A stretch of DNA of 55,442 nucleotides, the filler included, from an uncultured delta proteobacterium (GTDB lineage Bacteria; Desulfobacterota; Desulfobacteria; Desulfobacterales; SG8-13), in assembly GCA_963848135.1 (NCBI GenBank). It is 3 parts of 3 records of this genome, joined end to end, with 100 filler letters (N's around TTAATTAATTAA, not from the genome) between each part and the next. Parts side by side here need not be neighbours in the genome. Positions count along the whole stretch, not along the records: positions 25,383 to 55,442 come from CAWKCK010000012.1; 2 more parts are not named here. One strand, written 5' to 3'. How positions within the stretch are numbered: position 1 is the stretch's first letter; the number at the start of each line of letters is the position of its first letter. Both the position numbers and the translations under genes were made by a program. Shown piece after piece: positions 40,488 to 50,086 of the stretch. The notes below the pieces were generated by a model. It saw nothing but the letters and a program-made list of their open reading frames with translations, was not told the DNA's origin and did no database searches.

Positions 40488-41342
40488 TCAGGCGGCGATG
40501 TTCAGGCCGGACAGGGTGAAGAGCGGCTTCAGGTGTTCAAGGCTTTCGCGGCCGGCGTCCTCAGGAGTGTCTACGTAAGGATAAAGCTCCAGGCTGATGT
40601 GATCGCGGTAGCCAAGGCGAACCATGGCGTCGAATACTTCGGTGAAATTGATGTCACCATGCCCGGCAATCAGATGGGCATGTACCCGCGTGGGGGCGAT
40701 ATCTTCGATATGAACGTGACCGATCCATTCAAAGAGCTCTTCAAAGGCCACGGCCGGATTTTCGCCAGCGCAGTAGAAGTGGCCGATGTCGAAGTTCAAA
40801 CCGACCATTTTGGATCTGATATCTTTTATAAAGTAATTGAACTCCGCCGTTTTTTCCATCAGCAGGTCCGGTTCCGGTTCGATCAGGATTTTAATGCCCA
40901 AATCTTCAGCTTTGGGAATCACCTGATCGAGTCCAGCGTGAAACAGCTTGAAGGCCTCGTCCCTCGACAGTGAATCTTCCAGAGGGCCACCTGGCGGTAC
41001 GGAAATGTTGTTACACCCCAAAAACTTGGCCACTTCCAGGCTGTCAAGAGTATGGCGGATCCTGATGTCACGGCGTTTTTGTTCCGGTTCGATCCACGAT
41101 GGCAGGTAGGTGTCACCCACGGCAAACAGGGTGAAACTGTTGATGTTAGTGACAGTGAGTCGGTGATGGTCAAGGAGCGTTTTCAAGCGTGCCAGCTCGT
41201 TTTGGTCAAAGTCCGGTGGATACAAGTGGGGTCGGTCCCCCATGATTTCCACACCCCGAAACCCGAGGTTGGCTATCTTTTCGATGGATTCGAAAAGGTC
41301 GAACTTGACGAACGCGTTGGTGCTGTAACCGAAAACCATCAT
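40488..41342 (-). CDS. Sugar phosphate isomerase/epimerase (AP endonuclease 2 TIM barrel)
   Basis: IEPEP, NFDIGH, HVHIED, GHGDINF, LELY metal ligands. Confidence 0.9.
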   Translation of the reverse strand: MMVFGYSTNAFVKFDLFESIEKIANLGFRGVEIMGDRPHLYPPDFDQNELARLKTLLDHHRLTVTNINSFTLFAVGDTYLPSWIEPEQKRRDIRIRHTLDSLEVAKFLGCNNISVPPGGPLEDSLSRDEAFKLFHAGLDQVIPKAEDLGIKILIEPEPDLLMEKTAEFNYFIKDIRSKMVGLNFDIGHFYCAGENPAVAFEELFEWIGHVHIEDIAPTRVHAHLIAGHGDINFTEVFDAMVRLGYRDHISLELYPYVDTPEDAGRESLEHLKPLFTLSGLNIAA

Positions 41343-41354
41343 CGATCTCCTATA

Positions 41355-42533
41355 TCAGTCAGATTCAGATGCTGCGAGTTTATCGTCACACTGCCGTTCC
41401 AAGTTGGCAAGGCTGTTGAGTTGTTCCTGAAAGGTGATGGGCGCATGTTCCCCGATCGGTTTTTTGAAGAAAAACCCCAGATCGGCAACCGGTCCACTGA
41501 TACCAGCCAGTTTCAGTGCCGCCATCCAGCGGGCAAGGTCAAGGGCCATGGGAGCGGCCAGAATGGAATCTCGCCCCTGAAGGTTGATCCGAAGGCTCAT
41601 CGGCAGGTCGAAAAGACCCCGGAAGTCTATGACGTCCCAGGCCTCTTTGGCATCTCCCCGGGGCGGGTAGTAGTCAATGTGTACCTTGTGGGTCGGTGTA
41701 CCGTATCGCTGGCCGACCCCATAGCCAAGAATATCGTCCAGCAGGTCGGTTTTATTGGCCATTTTACCTGCGGCCCGTTCTGGTTCCATCAGGTTCATTC
41801 CGTCCGCATTTCCGAGTATGTTTAGGCTGTACCATCCGTCGACCGTGAAACTCCTGGCTTTCATTGCCGAGGCCAGAACGACTTTCAGATACGTTTGTCC
41901 GGTTTTTCCGTCCCGGCCGCAGAGCGGTATATTGCGCTTGACCGCTTCAGCAACCAAAACCGGTAATTCGATGTCATTCGGTGTGAAATTGACGACCGGA
42001 ATGCCGGAAAGAACTGCGGCCAGCGCGTATGCAAGATCCGGTGACGTACGGCTATCGGCAGTGTCATAGAGTTCATCCAAATCCCGGCAACGAGAGAGGT
42101 TTGATAGCGGTGCAGCCGGCAACAGGTTGATGAAGACCGGCGTGGCCGTTGGATGGTCATGCCGAAATCTTTGGATGTCGGACATCAAAAGGTCAACCTG
42201 CTCGGGAAGCCGCTTGTCGATGGAAGGCGCTGCTTTCAAGGAAAGTTTATCGAGTGCGTCCGCGTGAAGTTGGCAAACCGATTCAGGCAGGATACCCTGG
42301 CAGAGCGTTGCGGCCGCCATCGGCTGAGGGTCGTGGTCCCATCCGGCCAGGAGCGTTTTGTCGACAGCTCCCAGATACGGGAACTTGTCACGGGTTGTCA
42401 GGCTTGGGAGGACGATCTCCGGGGTGTTGCGGCAGGCGGTCACTGCCACAGCCAGTGTTGATGCAATTGCACCTTTTGCTCCGGCCACGAGTAAGAGCAG
42501 CGGACGGTCCGCTTGAGGATCGGAAGTGGTCAT
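41355..42533 (-). CDS. ino1: Inositol-3-phosphate synthase
   Basis: VNFTPN, GRDGKTGQT, NILGNADG, YYPPRGDAKEAWD, DSILAAP. Confidence 0.9.
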   Translation of the reverse strand: MTTSDPQADRPLLLLVAGAKGAIASTLAVAVTACRNTPEIVLPSLTTRDKFPYLGAVDKTLLAGWDHDPQPMAAATLCQGILPESVCQLHADALDKLSLKAAPSIDKRLPEQVDLLMSDIQRFRHDHPTATPVFINLLPAAPLSNLSRCRDLDELYDTADSRTSPDLAYALAAVLSGIPVVNFTPNDIELPVLVAEAVKRNIPLCGRDGKTGQTYLKVVLASAMKARSFTVDGWYSLNILGNADGMNLMEPERAAGKMANKTDLLDDILGYGVGQRYGTPTHKVHIDYYPPRGDAKEAWDVIDFRGLFDLPMSLRINLQGRDSILAAPMALDLARWMAALKLAGISGPVADLGFFFKKPIGEHAPITFQEQLNSLANLERQCDDKLAASESD

Positions 42534-42653
42534 GAATATCGGCTCCAAAATCTGTCTGCCAAAGGGGGGGTTTGTCTAAAACAAGGCACTATAAAGACAT
42601 GACCCGCGCGTGTCAAGCCAGTTCATCTGTTTGGGTGTGCCGGGTAGAATGGT

Positions 42654-42847
42654 TAGAAGGCATCTCAAAAAAGTCTTTTCGCTCGATATCGGCGTTGAGA
42701 CCTTGTCTCAAGTCCTCGACATACTTGAGTATGCCTGCGGGTTATGATCCACATGCTGTGTTTGATCGGATGGGAAATCCCGCACAGCGGGGATCCTCGG
42801 TCTCGCCTTGATCTCGACCGAAAATCCTAATTTTGAGATAACTTATA
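42654..42847. mobile_element. MITE-like palindromic element
   Basis: TIRs tagaaggcatctcaaaa / ttttgagataacttata; internal ggcgtt...catacttgagtatg...gccttg core. Confidence 0.7.
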
Positions 42848-42892
42848 GAATGATACCGGAGAGGTACTGGCTGCTCATCGTCAAGACATTTT

Positions 42893-43095
42893 AACCTAAA
42901 GTGAGCGTTTCAAATTTTAAATGGAGGGGGAACTGCTTTATCTATAAGGAATCCTATCAAAGTTTGATTTTAAAATTTGAAACCCTTGGGATTGCCGATC
43001 TTTATCCGCCTCTGGAGGCTTGCCGCATCTGCGGCGTCATATGCCGTCCCGCTTAGCCGATACCGCCGGTGGCGGGATGGAACGACATCTTCCTT
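42893..43095 (-). mobile_element. MITE family C, inverted copy lacking left end
   Basis: aacctaaagtgagcgtttcaaa...gattgccgatctttatccgcctctggagg is the reverse complement of ~11160-11355. Confidence 0.8.
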
Positions 43096-43271
43096 TCGCT
43101 AATCAACTGAAAAGGTTTCAGGCGATGAGAACATTCGGGTAAAGGCTGTTGGTGATCGTAAGCAGACGCTTACTCATACAGACCGAGCGGATAGAAAGAG
43201 GTGTCGGCCGGAAAAAATGTCTTTGGCAGACAGTTTCCGACCGATTTCTCAGCAGGGGATGGGGGATCAAG

Positions 43272-43946
43272 TTAATTGTCCGAAACCAGTATGCCATCGG
43301 AGATTTGCAAGACCCTTCCGGCATATTCGGCACATGCGGGGCTGTGGGTCACCATCACGATGGTCATCCCTTCTTTGTTGAGTTTTCGGAGCAGGTCCAT
43401 AATTTCCTGGGATGTTTTCGTGTCAAGGTTTCCGGTTGGTTCATCGGCCAGAAGGATCGGTGGTTGGTTCACGATGGCCCGGGCGATAGCGACACGTTCC
43501 TTTTCACCGCCGGAAATTTGGTTCGGCAGTCGGTGACCTTTTGCCTCGAGCCCGACACTTGCCAGAGCGGTCTCGGCCATTTCGCGTTTCTTTTTTTTAC
43601 CGGCCTTGACGATCGAAAGCGGCAGCATGACATTTTCGAGGACTGTAAGATATGACACCAGGTGAAAGCTCTGAAATATGAAGCCCAGAAATTCCCGTCG
43701 GAAATCGGCACGTTTTTCAGACCGCAAACGGTAGACGTCAATTTCGTCGACCACGAAACTGCCCGACGAAGGCGCATTCATCGCACCCATGACCGATAGG
43801 AGGGTCGACTTGCCCGATCCCGACTCTCCCATAACCCCGACGAATTCCCCTGATCCAATAGTGAAATTCATATCGGATATGGCCGTAACGGCGGCATCAC
43901 CGTTACCGTAAATTTTGGCAAGATTTTTGACTGATAAGTAACTCAT
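43272..43946 (-). CDS. ABC transporter ATP-binding protein (LolD/MacB type)
   Basis: GESGSGKST, ISGGEKER, LADEPTGNLD. Confidence 0.95.
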   Translation of the reverse strand: MSYLSVKNLAKIYGNGDAAVTAISDMNFTIGSGEFVGVMGESGSGKSTLLSVMGAMNAPSSGSFVVDEIDVYRLRSEKRADFRREFLGFIFQSFHLVSYLTVLENVMLPLSIVKAGKKKKREMAETALASVGLEAKGHRLPNQISGGEKERVAIARAIVNQPPILLADEPTGNLDTKTSQEIMDLLRKLNKEGMTIVMVTHSPACAEYAGRVLQISDGILVSDN

Positions 43947-44069
43947 TATTATCTCCGGCAATTAGTGCACTGTTATCATCACATTCCGTCTGAGAATCCT
44001 GTGAAAGTTTTTTGATGCGGAACGTATTGGTTTGTATCACCCAAAGCTGTTTCTGTTTTTTGCGCAATC

Positions 44070-45227
44070 TTAAAGGGCTCGCAGGGCATCGTTGGGATCC
44101 ATACGGGCGGCCATAAATGCCGGGTATGCGCTCGCTGCCAGGCCGATGAGCAGCGCCAACCCGAATGACATGGCGGCCAGTTCAGGGTTGATGTTCAGGT
44201 GGACCATGCGATCCTCCACGAAAAACCTCAGACCCGCAAGTGTGGCCGCATATCCGACCGCATACCCGATAAGCCCTGCAATGACAGAGACGATGCCGGC
44301 CTCAAGGAACACAATCCGCATGACATGACTCTTGCGAAAGCCTATCGCCCGGAAGATGCCGATTTCCTCGGTTCGCTCCCGCACGCTGCCCATCATTGTG
44401 ATCAGGACCACCAGGGCCCCGATCAGGATGACCACACCGGAAACCCCGTAGCTGAATTTTCTGAACTGAGCCAGGGTCTCCATGCGGCCTTTCACCACCT
44501 GTTGAATCGCCATTACCTTGGCGCCAGGCAGCACCTCGGATATTTGACTCACCATGTCGTCGATGGGGCAGTCGTGGCATAGCGCTGCTACTTCGGCCAT
44601 GGAAACCTTGCCGCGTTTATCAAGCAGGGTTTGAGCCGTCGATATCGGTGTAAAGGCCAACTGGTCGTCCTGGCTGCCGGTGGGATGAAGAACTCCTGCT
44701 ACCGAGAGTTTACGGCCTTTGATGTCCACCGAATCTCCGCTCTTCAAATTCAGGATATGGGCCGCTTCAGCGCCCAAAAGGATGCTTTCGTTGTCCGGGA
44801 GGGCACCATCTATTTTCCACCAGGGTTTCAGGATACCACTGGCCTTAAAATCAATACCCGATAACAGAACCCTGTTCGCGTTGATTTGGACGACGCCCAG
44901 GACAAGCGGTCCCAGTGCGGCAATGTTGCGAGAGTTTTTTATGGTCTGCACCCGGGCCAGGTCGGATTCACGGATTTCCTCCATCTCGAAAGCCACTCCC
45001 CCCAGGGAGAGGCCCCCATATGTGAGAGGGAGATCCTCGGCCCGGGGGACAATCAAAATGTTGGCGCCGTATTTTTCCAATTTGTGGTTGATATCGGTGG
45101 TCATGGCTTCCACGAAACTGATAACGGTAACAACGGTGGCGATACCGATGGCCAACCCTGCAAGGACAAAGGCGGCTTTGCCCTTGCGGCGCAGAAGGTT
45201 TCGAAAAGCGATCTGTTTCAGTGTCAT
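44070..45227 (-). CDS. ABC transporter permease, FtsX/MacB type
   Basis: AFRNLLRRK, periplasmic domain containing CHDC, SVRERTEEIGIFRAIG. Confidence 0.93.
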   Translation of the reverse strand: MTLKQIAFRNLLRRKGKAAFVLAGLAIGIATVVTVISFVEAMTTDINHKLEKYGANILIVPRAEDLPLTYGGLSLGGVAFEMEEIRESDLARVQTIKNSRNIAALGPLVLGVVQINANRVLLSGIDFKASGILKPWWKIDGALPDNESILLGAEAAHILNLKSGDSVDIKGRKLSVAGVLHPTGSQDDQLAFTPISTAQTLLDKRGKVSMAEVAALCHDCPIDDMVSQISEVLPGAKVMAIQQVVKGRMETLAQFRKFSYGVSGVVILIGALVVLITMMGSVRERTEEIGIFRAIGFRKSHVMRIVFLEAGIVSVIAGLIGYAVGYAATLAGLRFFVEDRMVHLNINPELAAMSFGLALLIGLAASAYPAFMAARMDPNDALRAL

Positions 45228-45229
45228 GT

Positions 45230-45787
45230 TTAGGCCTTTCCTGGAAAATATTGTTTGCCTTCCAGAATGTCCTGCACTTTCAGGATAAGTTGTTCGCCCT
45301 GAACCGATCTTTCCAATGGCGCCGGGTTGCAACCCCCCTTGACCTCGTTTACGAGCACCGATGCAAAACGACGGCCGCAGTTTCGGCAGACCATGACATC
45401 GCCATCCTGGTAGTAGCCCTTGTTGGCAGGCCAACAGACATCGCAGGCATCGAAAGCGGCCCGGATGATACCATCGGAACTTTTAAGAATGAAATAGCGA
45501 ATTGTAAGGTCCTTATGTTTGAATTCAAAGTGCCGGGCCTGTCCGTCGGCAAACTGGCTCACCTGGTAGACGACTTGATCACCTGTGGGTTTCGGTGCAA
45601 GATTGGCGGTCGATGACACAGCGTCACTACCGATGCCGTTTATTGCAAAGTAAACCCCTGCACCACCGAGAAGGACAGCGCAAATGACGAGGATCACCGG
45701 CAGGTGATTCTTCCGTTCCGTACCCAGAACGGCAGCTTTTTTTGCATCGCGGATTTCCTGATTGTTTTTGGTCTTCTTCTTACCCAT
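45230..45787 (-). CDS. DUF2318-like membrane-anchored Fe-S/metal-binding protein
   Basis: AAFDACDVC..GYYQ..VCRNC..GGCNPAPL; AAGGAG RBS. Confidence 0.88.
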   Translation of the reverse strand: MGKKKTKNNQEIRDAKKAAVLGTERKNHLPVILVICAVLLGGAGVYFAINGIGSDAVSSTANLAPKPTGDQVVYQVSQFADGQARHFEFKHKDLTIRYFILKSSDGIIRAAFDACDVCWPANKGYYQDGDVMVCRNCGRRFASVLVNEVKGGCNPAPLERSVQGEQLILKVQDILEGKQYFPGKA

Positions 45788-46107
45788 TTGGTTGATCTCC
45801 TTATGAATTTTTTTGAATTGGTAACGTGATAGCGTCAAGCATCATTTTTTCTACTGCGATTTATTTGATTGCCTGAGGACTGTTAACCACCCACCGCCCA
45901 ACCACTTCGGGCGAAACGGGTGACATGTGATGTCCCTTGTTCTTGCGCTGATTGGTTATTAGAAAGAAATTCCTAATAACCGGGGCGGTTTCCCATTATA
46001 TTCCGATTCATCGTCAGACAATGGAACTCCCGCCGAAATTACAGCGAATCGATAAGTGTCGGGTCCGAGGTCCCAGCGTTTATGTCATGCGGGAGAGGAT
46101 GGTCTGA

Positions 46108-46530
46108 TCAACGAATCAAATTGAGGGTGGCAATGTATATAGGTATTTTGGTAGGTGGATCGGTGATTGGGAACGCTAATGCTTGCGTAGTTTTTTGAGG
46201 CGCTTCGATTATTTTCGATCCGCCCGAGAATGGTGGGTTGATAGAGCGCTCGCCATCGTGAAAAATGGCTGCATGTGTCACCGGTGAAACGTTTTTATCA
46301 ACGGCGCAGTCTACTGAAGTTGAACAGCAAGGGCAGGGAGCATCGTCCGTAATTTGCACTATCCGATGTCCATGCCTGTCCATTGAGTTGCCAACGCAGC
46401 AGCTTGCGGTGCAGCCGGTAGCGGCGGTAATTCCACCGCTGAATAGACTCAGGCAGAGCGCCATGACAAGGGCAATTTTTACAACCCGCTGTTTTTTATA
46501 TCGATGTTTTGCCATTGATATGATTTTCAT
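46108..46530 (-). CDS. Cys/His-rich exported hypothetical protein
   Basis: Hydrophobic signal, CTASCC..HGH..CPCC..C, C-terminus PPTKIPIYIATLNLIR; start uncertain (46530 or 46515). Confidence 0.65.
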   Translation of the reverse strand: MKIISMAKHRYKKQRVVKIALVMALCLSLFSGGITAATGCTASCCVGNSMDRHGHRIVQITDDAPCPCCSTSVDCAVDKNVSPVTHAAIFHDGERSINPPFSGGSKIIEAPQKTTQALAFPITDPPTKIPIYIATLNLIR

Positions 46531-46744
46531 TGTGATTCTTAATTCATAGCGAATTAGTATAGTTTCGTGCCGATTTGCTGTCAACGATATTTTTTCCTCT
46601 GCGGCTTTACATTCCAGGATGCATCTTTATCTTAACTGCAACATCGATCCGCCCGAAAATTCTAATAAATACCGACTCATGATTCATTAGTGGCATTATC
46701 GAGTGCCCAATAAATTCACTGGAGAAAACGAAAGGACCGGCAAT

Positions 46745-47221
46745 ATGAGCTATGATTTTAACGCGGACGAGATCTTTGAAATGGCCGAACAGATGGAAAG
46801 AAACGGCGAGAGTTTTTACAAGAAAGCGGCGGGTTCCGTTCAGGACGACGTGCACCGGGACCTTTTGTTGCAGCTCGCCGATATGGAAGTCGAGCACGAA
46901 AATACTTTCAAAGCCATGCGCAAGGACCTGAACGCTGCCGCCAAATCTGCGACAGTTTTCGACCCCGATGGAGAAGCGGCCCTGTATTTGCGTGCCCTGG
47001 TGGATACACGCGTTTTTTTCGAAAAACAGATCGATGTCTCATCGATGGAAAAAATATTGAAAGCCGCCATCGAGGCCGAAAAAGACTCGATTGTTTTTTA
47101 CCTTGGAATGAAAAACGCCGTTCCGGAAAAACTGGGAAAGGATCGTATCGAAGGCATCATCAAAGAAGAGATGGGCCATATTCGACTGTTGAGCCGTGAG
47201 CTGGCGCAACTCCACAAATAG
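46745..47221 (+). CDS. Ferritin-like/rubrerythrin di-iron protein
   Basis: MERNGESFY, MEVEH, AEKDSIVFY, EEMGH. Confidence 0.9.
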   Translation: MSYDFNADEIFEMAEQMERNGESFYKKAAGSVQDDVHRDLLLQLADMEVEHENTFKAMRKDLNAAAKSATVFDPDGEAALYLRALVDTRVFFEKQIDVSSMEKILKAAIEAEKDSIVFYLGMKNAVPEKLGKDRIEGIIKEEMGHIRLLSRELAQLHK

Positions 47222-47341
47222 ATAAAGCGTTGCAGTGTTTTTTCTATAATTCCGTGCCCGTTGCCGAGTGGGCAGTCAGCAGTTGACGCGGGTATGGGAA
47301 GATTGGAAGAACAAGCGGCTGAAATGTGAGGTCAGCATCAT

Positions 47342-48031
47342 CTATGCTGTTACCTTGCCTTGTATCGATATTTCTTCCAGACCGACGGGGTCCAGGATGT
47401 TGATTTCCCGTCCATTGACCGTGATCAGGCCTTGTCCTGCCATTTTGGCGAATATACGGGACAGGGTTTCTGGGATTGTTCCTAAGAGACTGGCCAGTTG
47501 CCCCTTTGAAATCGGTAGCATTACGGCTGCAGAGTTCTCCTGTTCCTTGGTCAGGAAAATGAGATATGAGGCCAGGCGGCCCGGAACTTCTTTTAAGGAG
47601 AGGTTCTCAATTTGCACGGCAAATTGGCGCAACCGCATCGACAGCACGGCAAGCATCTTCATCGCCAGTGACGGATTGCGGGAGATGAGAGAGACAAAGT
47701 CTTTGCGGGGAAAAAAAAGCAACCGACTATCGGCCAAAGCTTCTGCATTGGCCGGGAACGATCGACCGGCGAACACAGCCACCTCTCCAAATGGATCCCC
47801 CGGCCCGATAATGTGCAGGATATGTTCTTTGCCATCCAGCGCGAGTTTGAAGATCTTGACCTGACCTTTAACGACGACATAGAAACCAATGCCCGGATCA
47901 CCTTCGAGAAATACGGTTTCACCTTTCGTGTAATTACGGTAATCGACAATCTGACGGACTTCCTCGAGCTGGGCTGCAGACAGGCCGTTAAAAATAGATA
48001 TTTTTGAAATAAATTCAGTCGTTTTTTCCAT
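47342..48031 (-). CDS. hcpR: Crp/Fnr family regulator HcpR
   Basis: cNMP-like domain plus LGTIPETLSR HTH; divergent from hcp. Confidence 0.88.
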   Translation of the reverse strand: MEKTTEFISKISIFNGLSAAQLEEVRQIVDYRNYTKGETVFLEGDPGIGFYVVVKGQVKIFKLALDGKEHILHIIGPGDPFGEVAVFAGRSFPANAEALADSRLLFFPRKDFVSLISRNPSLAMKMLAVLSMRLRQFAVQIENLSLKEVPGRLASYLIFLTKEQENSAAVMLPISKGQLASLLGTIPETLSRIFAKMAGQGLITVNGREINILDPVGLEEISIQGKVTA

Positions 48032-48063
48032 TGAGGCCTCCTCTTCCGAATTATCACCGGCCT

Positions 48064-48077
48064 TTGACCTATGTCAA
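48064..48077. promoter_or_regulatory. HcpR binding site (hcpR-proximal)
   Basis: TTGAC-ctat-GTCAA. Confidence 0.8.
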
Positions 48078-48245
48078 TGCATAACGTCGCCAGTTATCTT
48101 AATGTTACCGGCAACGGTTAACACCGGTTGCGGACCGGGTCAAACCCCAATAGTTCACGAAATCATTACAGCGCTCAAAATGCGATGGCCATTTATAGCG
48201 CCATTGCATACAGTACCCGGGCTAAAAACAAAAAAATAGCGCTTG

Positions 48246-48259
48246 TTGACTTAAGTCAA
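48246..48259. promoter_or_regulatory. HcpR binding site (hcp-proximal)
   Basis: TTGAC-ttaa-GTCAA. Confidence 0.85.
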
Positions 48260-48355
48260 TGCGCCCGAAACAACCGGTGAGTATATTCGATTCGTCAAAT
48301 TCAAGAATTAAACCAAACCGGGTTGCCACCAACCCAAAACAAAGGAGAATAAACT

Positions 48356-49981
48356 ATGTTCTGTTTTCAGTGTGAGCAGACCTCAAAGGGTGAGGGCTGC
48401 ACTAAAATCGGCGTTTGTGGAAAGCAGCCGGAAGTCGCTGCCCTCCAGGATCTTTTAATCTATGCTGTTAAAGGCCTTTCCCTCTTCGCGGTTGAAGGCC
48501 GCAAAGTCGGTATTACCGATCGGGCCGTAGACCAGTTTACCTGCAAGGCCGTATTCTCGACGCTTACCAACGTGGATTTCGATCCGGACCGTTTTGTGGA
48601 GCTGATCAAAGAAACCGTCACGTATCGCGATGCCCTGAAAGAAAAAGTCAAGGCCGCCGGCGGTAAAACCGGTTTTACTGAAGGACCGGCGGTGTTCCAG
48701 CCCGAAGCCTCTCGTGAAGCCATGGCTGCACAAGGGGAATCGGTCGGCATCAAGTCGAACCCGGACGTGAACCCGGACATTCTTTCTCTGCGCGAGCTTT
48801 TGATTTACGGTATCAAGGGTATGGCGGCCTATGCGGACCATGCGGCGATTCTGGGCCAGGAAGACGATAATGTGTATGCTTACTTGCACGAGGGGTTGGC
48901 GGGTACCCTGGACGACTCGCTGGGTGTCGAAGAGTTGATCGGGCTGGTATTGAAGTGCGGCGAAATCAACCTGCGGGCCATGGAATTGCTGGATGCCGGT
49001 AACACCGGAACCTATGGCCACCCGGTTCCCACCGAGGTACCGCTGGGAGCCAAGAAAGGCAAGGCGATCCTGGTGTCCGGACATGATCTTAAAGACTTGG
49101 ACCTGATTCTCAAGCAGACCGAAGGCAAAGGCATAAACATTTACACCCATGGTGAGATGCTGCCGTGTCACGGATATCCGGAACTGAAAAAATATCCACA
49201 TTTCATTGGGCATTACGGCACGGCCTGGCAGAACCAGGCCAAGGAATTCGCCAAATTCCCCGGCGCCATTCTGATGACGACCAACTGCATTCAAAAGCCC
49301 CAGGATTCTTACAAGGATAATATTTATACCACCGGGCTGGTGGGGTGGCCGGGCGTCACTCACGTGTCCAAGGATTTTACGCCGGTCATTAACAAGGCGC
49401 TTGAAATGCCGGGATTCAGCGAAGACACCAACGGACAGAAAGTCATGGTGGGTTTCGGTCGCAATGCCGTGATGGGCGTTGCCGGCCAAGTTGTCGAAGC
49501 TGTCAAGAGCAAGGCCATCCGCCACTTCTTCCTTGTCGGCGGGTGCGACGGGGCCAAGCCCGGCCGCAGTTATTACACAGAGTTTGTGGAAAAAGTGCCC
49601 AATGACTGCGTCGTTCTCACCCTGGCGTGCGGAAAGTTCCGTTTCTTTGACAAGCAGCTCGGTGATATCGGCGGTATACCGCGCCTGCTGGATGTTGGCC
49701 AGTGCAACGACGCCTATTCGGCTGTGCAGATTGCCGTGGCCCTGTCAAAGGCGTTCGATGTGGGCGTCAACGACCTGCCGCTATCGATGATTCTGTCCTG
49801 GTATGAACAGAAAGCCTGCGCCATCCTGTTGACCCTGCTTTACCTGGGTATCAAGGATATCCGTCTAGGCCCCAGCCTGCCGGCCTTTGTTACGCCGAAC
49901 GTGCTGGACGTGCTGGTGAAGAACTTCAACATCATGCCCATCAAAACCCCGGATGAAGACCTGCAGGCCATTCTCGGATAA
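48356..49981 (+). CDS. hcp: Hybrid cluster protein (hydroxylamine/NO reductase)
   Basis: MFCFQCEQT..GCTKIGVCGK, SGHDL, THGEM, GGCDG, GQCND, SWYEQKA. Confidence 0.98.
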   Translation: MFCFQCEQTSKGEGCTKIGVCGKQPEVAALQDLLIYAVKGLSLFAVEGRKVGITDRAVDQFTCKAVFSTLTNVDFDPDRFVELIKETVTYRDALKEKVKAAGGKTGFTEGPAVFQPEASREAMAAQGESVGIKSNPDVNPDILSLRELLIYGIKGMAAYADHAAILGQEDDNVYAYLHEGLAGTLDDSLGVEELIGLVLKCGEINLRAMELLDAGNTGTYGHPVPTEVPLGAKKGKAILVSGHDLKDLDLILKQTEGKGINIYTHGEMLPCHGYPELKKYPHFIGHYGTAWQNQAKEFAKFPGAILMTTNCIQKPQDSYKDNIYTTGLVGWPGVTHVSKDFTPVINKALEMPGFSEDTNGQKVMVGFGRNAVMGVAGQVVEAVKSKAIRHFFLVGGCDGAKPGRSYYTEFVEKVPNDCVVLTLACGKFRFFDKQLGDIGGIPRLLDVGQCNDAYSAVQIAVALSKAFDVGVNDLPLSMILSWYEQKACAILLTLLYLGIKDIRLGPSLPAFVTPNVLDVLVKNFNIMPIKTPDEDLQAILG

Positions 49982-50016
49982 GATCCAACGGCACCACCGT
50001 CCGTTGGTCCATGTAA

Positions 50017-50055
50017 ACGGCCGGTCCGGATATCGTTACCGGTCCGGATCGGCCG
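50017..50055 (+). terminator. Stem-loop after hcp
   Basis: cggccggtccgga...tccggatcggccg; no U-tract, may be an mRNA-stabilising hairpin. Confidence 0.4.
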
Positions 50056-50086
50056 CGAACCGCTAACAACAACAAGGGAACCCGCA

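Noticed and set aside
48455..49525. Long antisense or alternate-frame ORFs (also 39999-40973, 41052-41825, 2475-3125)
   Set aside because: Shadows of well-supported genes with no motifs of their own.
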